Source: an uncultured Gemmatimonadales bacterium (GTDB taxonomy: Bacteria > Gemmatimonadota > Gemmatimonadetes > Gemmatimonadales > Gemmatimonadaceae). From it: a DNA stretch of 64,000 nt. Made by a program: the position numbers and the translations under genes. The notes beneath the pieces were generated by a model, which did not search any database, was not told where the DNA came from, and was given only the letters and a program-made list of their open reading frames with translations. The stretch covers positions 736,001 to 800,000 of the forward strand of contig CAWBZV010000005.1 of assembly GCA_963793305.1 (NCBI GenBank), given 5' to 3'. Below, in pieces: positions 62,298-64,000 of this stretch (positions are counted from its first letter, which is position 1; every line of letters starts with the position of its first letter).

Positions 62298-63700
62298 CTA
62301 AATGCCAGTCCCACCCCAGAGAGCCGCGTTCACTCTTCTCAGGATCGCATTTCCACAGAATTCACAGCCGGGTTGCCGGGGGCGCAACACGCGCCGGCGC
62401 GCCAGAGGTGGATGCCACGGGCTGATCCGCCAATAGTTGTAGTTTCTCGTGTGCTGAACGTCGGAGAGCCAGCGGACCAGTTCGAGGGCGAGCATGGTGC
62501 CCGCCAATACCGAAACAAACGCGAATGGCGCGATGATCTGCCGGCCCGCGACAGTGCCGAGATGCCCCTCTGCGCAGAGTTGCTTGAAGAGCGTGTCGTA
62601 CGCGGTACCGACTAGTTGCGCAGTAACAAGCCCAGGATACCTCTGTGCTATGATCTCGGCTGCCGGAACTGATATGCGTTCAGCTCGGACCATTGCAACG
62701 GATACGCCCAGGTGATCGGCAATATGCTGTTCACGAGTCAGTTCTTCATTGTCGGGCTCGTAGATGCAGCTCAGACAACCTGAATCGGTCGGCTGGATAT
62801 GATGGTGCAGAACGATTTCCCGAATATCCGTCGTTGAAGCGTCGAACACTTCGCCCGGCATTTCGTTTTGCAACGATCGCCGGGCACGCCGACTGTCGAC
62901 TGCGACGACAAGCCGGCGTAACCACGGCCCCTCCGATTTTTCGGGGAGGTCCTGTAGCCGCGAATATCGCGGGACGAGTGTGAGGCGCGGAAAGAAGGGT
63001 TGCGCTTTTTCTGCTAAGCACTCTGCTTTGGGCGAGTTGATGTCATCCGATTCGAACCAGATTTGCCGATTTAGATTCCCAGAGGCCACCTTGTCGTCAT
63101 CCACGATCTCGAAACGTCCCCGTAGGTCTAGAATGACGCGCTGCCCAGAGGAGAGCATTGCCAATAGCTCCTGCTCCGGCGACGTAAGCGTGACCAAGGT
63201 CTATCGGCCGTTCGATTGAATCGAGATCGATCCCGAGTTGGGTAAAGTCCAAGAATGAGCGGATCTGACGCGCCGAACGGGAGCCTACTGCCCAAGGCGC
63301 GGTGTAGAGCAGCAGCAGACGCGTAACAGGCAATCATCAAGCACAAGATCGCCGGAACCTGCGAGCACTCCTTTGAGCTGACGTGGCATCCGATGACTGC
63401 TTGATCGAGATCCACTAGAACGCGGATCGCTTTGGTTCCCGTTTGTGGTGCCGCCGCTCCGATCACGAGTTCGGCCGCTGCTTCCGAATCCGCCAACGTC
63501 GACACGGATTGCGCCGTGCGACTGAGTAACGCAATAACCTCATGGCAGATACGTTGTGCCACACGATCGTTGGGATCTGCCGTGACAACGATCGAGAGTT
63601 CGAGTGCTTTGGATGCCTCGGTGATATGAATTCCGAGCGCCTGAGCGAGGGCAGCAGCGTTCTCGCGGCGAGCCTCCGGCGTCAGGTGATCCGCAGGCAT
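62298..63700 (-). CDS. Long E1/ThiF-family ubiquitin-like activating enzyme (BilD-like), with two +1 indels at about 63252 and 63133
   Basis: Three ORF pieces join into 466 aa: N-terminal extra domain, VAGAGAIGN, IVDDDKVASGNLNRQ, KAE, AVDSRRAR, Zn pairs CLSC and CEFC, and a candidate catalytic Cys in KQLC. Confidence 0.85.
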
Positions 63701-64000
63701 TCGTGCTCCAGCTGTGCTCTTGGCACTTCAACCCAACGTGCGGCGGCTGTGAAATGATAAGTCTTGGCCTCGTCGAGGAAATTCGAGACGGTTGTGGCGG
63801 ATGCAAAGTGGGGTACTACCAGCGACAACGCGCCCTCATGACGGATAATTGCCCAGCGATCGTCCGCCGTGGAATGGAATGCTTCGCCAGGATGCGAATG
63901 AACCTGAGCAGCTACCATAAGCCGACGCTTTCTTAGCTCTGCATACAGTGCTGTCATTCCCGCCGGGGGAATTTCAAACATGTCTTCGCTCGCATTCTGC
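63682..64000 (-). CDS. JAB/JAMM (MPN+) metallopeptidase (BilC-like), 5' end outside the window
   Basis: QVHSHPGEAFHSTADD = HxH-x7-S-x2-D; GALSLVVP; stop overlaps the E1 start by 19 bp. Confidence 0.88.
   Translation of the reverse strand, partial: QNASEDMFEIPPAGMTALYAELRKRRLMVAAQVHSHPGEAFHSTADDRWAIIRHEGALSLVVPHFASATTVSNFLDEAKTYHFTAAARWVEVPRAQLEHECLRIT

Larger units (their letters stand above)
53465..64000. mobile_element. Integrated element (genomic island/IME) inserted at tRNA-Ala, continuing beyond the window
   Basis: Integrase converges on the tRNA 3' end, followed by Xis-like, relaxase-like, XRE regulator and defence-like cargo genes. Visibly more A/T than the upstream chromosome. No second att copy was found in the window. 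Confidence 0.85.

Noticed and set aside
62298..64000. CBASS type II Cap2/Cap3 or housekeeping MoeB/ThiF
   Set aside because: The JAB is upstream of the E1, the E1 N-terminus does not look like an E2, no CD-NTase or sulfur-carrier gene is visible, and the E1 is too long for MoeB. Not fully excludable because the operon leaves the window.
53465..64000. Intact prophage
   Set aside because: No terminase, portal, capsid, tail or lysis genes in the visible part.

Overview
GC-rich bacterial chromosome segment. The gene content (RCC1/Ig/BACON lipoproteins, Hanks kinases, ACIII, a receiver-like/AraC regulator) suggests Gemmatimonadota, but that is inference. Five blocks are present. (1) 1-4.8 kb: two paralogous Ig/BACON/RCC1 surface lipoprotein genes. 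(2) 4.8-28.4 kb: a nearly complete type VI secretion cluster (tssM, tssL, two tssK, tssB, tssC, hcp, tagJ/impE, tssA, tssE, tssF, tssG, clpV, vgrG, DUF6931-like, PAAR). It has no tssJ, fha or linked toxin, and carries two unexplained inserts: a Pro-rich membrane protein with a kinase-like head and repeated FTxI[F/I] motifs, and a SAM methyltransferase. (3) 28.4-35.9 kb: a BACON-repeat lipoprotein ending in a c-type heme domain, a coupled outer-membrane beta-barrel and two membrane Ser/Thr kinases. (4) 36-53.4 kb: housekeeping genes (MCP, CHASE3 kinase, ABC-2 exporter, speA, Mn-SOD, DedA, TrmJ, alternative complex III actA-F, trxC). (5) From tRNA-Ala(TGC) at 53.4 kb to the window end: an integrated element with a tyrosine integrase, Xis-like protein, CoiA-like nuclease, tandem replication-relaxation-like protein, XRE and XRE-ASCH regulators, an operator-like repeat array, and the 3' half of a ubiquitin-like conjugation module (JAB peptidase + long E1, Bil-like). 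Several genes are broken by single-base indels that look like sequencing-consensus errors.
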